Below, piece by piece: positions 63,816-64,000 of a stretch of DNA of 64,000 nucleotides. The notes beneath the pieces are model-generated. The model had not been told where the DNA came from and made no database searches. It was given only the letters and a program-made list of their open reading frames with translations. Made by a program: the position numbers and the translations under genes. This DNA is from Hypanus sabinus (taxonomy: Eukaryota). The stretch is taken from positions 175,522,001 through 175,586,000 of the forward strand of contig NC_082711.1 of assembly GCF_030144855.1 (NCBI RefSeq), in the 5' to 3' direction. How positions within the stretch are numbered: position 1 is the first letter of the stretch; each line of letters opens with the position of its first letter.

Positions 63816-64000
63816 CTGTTTTATGCAAAATCCCAAACAGCAAATAGCAATATTGAGCCACAGCCGACACGGGTAACACGGGTTATCCTCTCCAATGTGG
63901 AAAATCACTTTTGTTCTATCTTGCACTACAATTTGTTGAAGAGCCAAGAATGAAATATCAAGGCAAGCTCAAACTGTTCTTGATATTCAAACTGTTCTTT

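Overview
Vertebrate genomic DNA, most likely from a cartilaginous fish (inferred from its CR1/V-SINE/Penelope repeat content, not confirmed). The window holds the 3' parts of two convergent genes: MED13 on + (9 coding exons, 3250-27902, then an apparently repeat-free putative 3' UTR of about 4.7 kb) and INTS2 on - (10 coding exons, 62760-36076). All exons have GT-AG boundaries and compatible phases. The introns contain many nested transposable elements: CR1 and Rex1-like LINEs, a full-length decayed L1 carrying a solo LTR, four Tc1-type families, a composite hAT/Charlie element, a Harbinger-like element, V-SINEs and two Penelope-like families. The most notable signal is that the terminal repeats of both Penelope families carry minimal hammerhead-ribozyme cores (CTGATGA-stem II-GAAAC-GTC). 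One family has produced several 100-170 nt terminal-repeat-only inserts, each flanked by a 10-15 bp target-site duplication. Also notable are a miR-208-family 8mer in the MED13 3' UTR and an INTS2 orientation opposite to the one I recall for mammals. Gene and repeat identities come from recognising motifs by eye; no searches were run.
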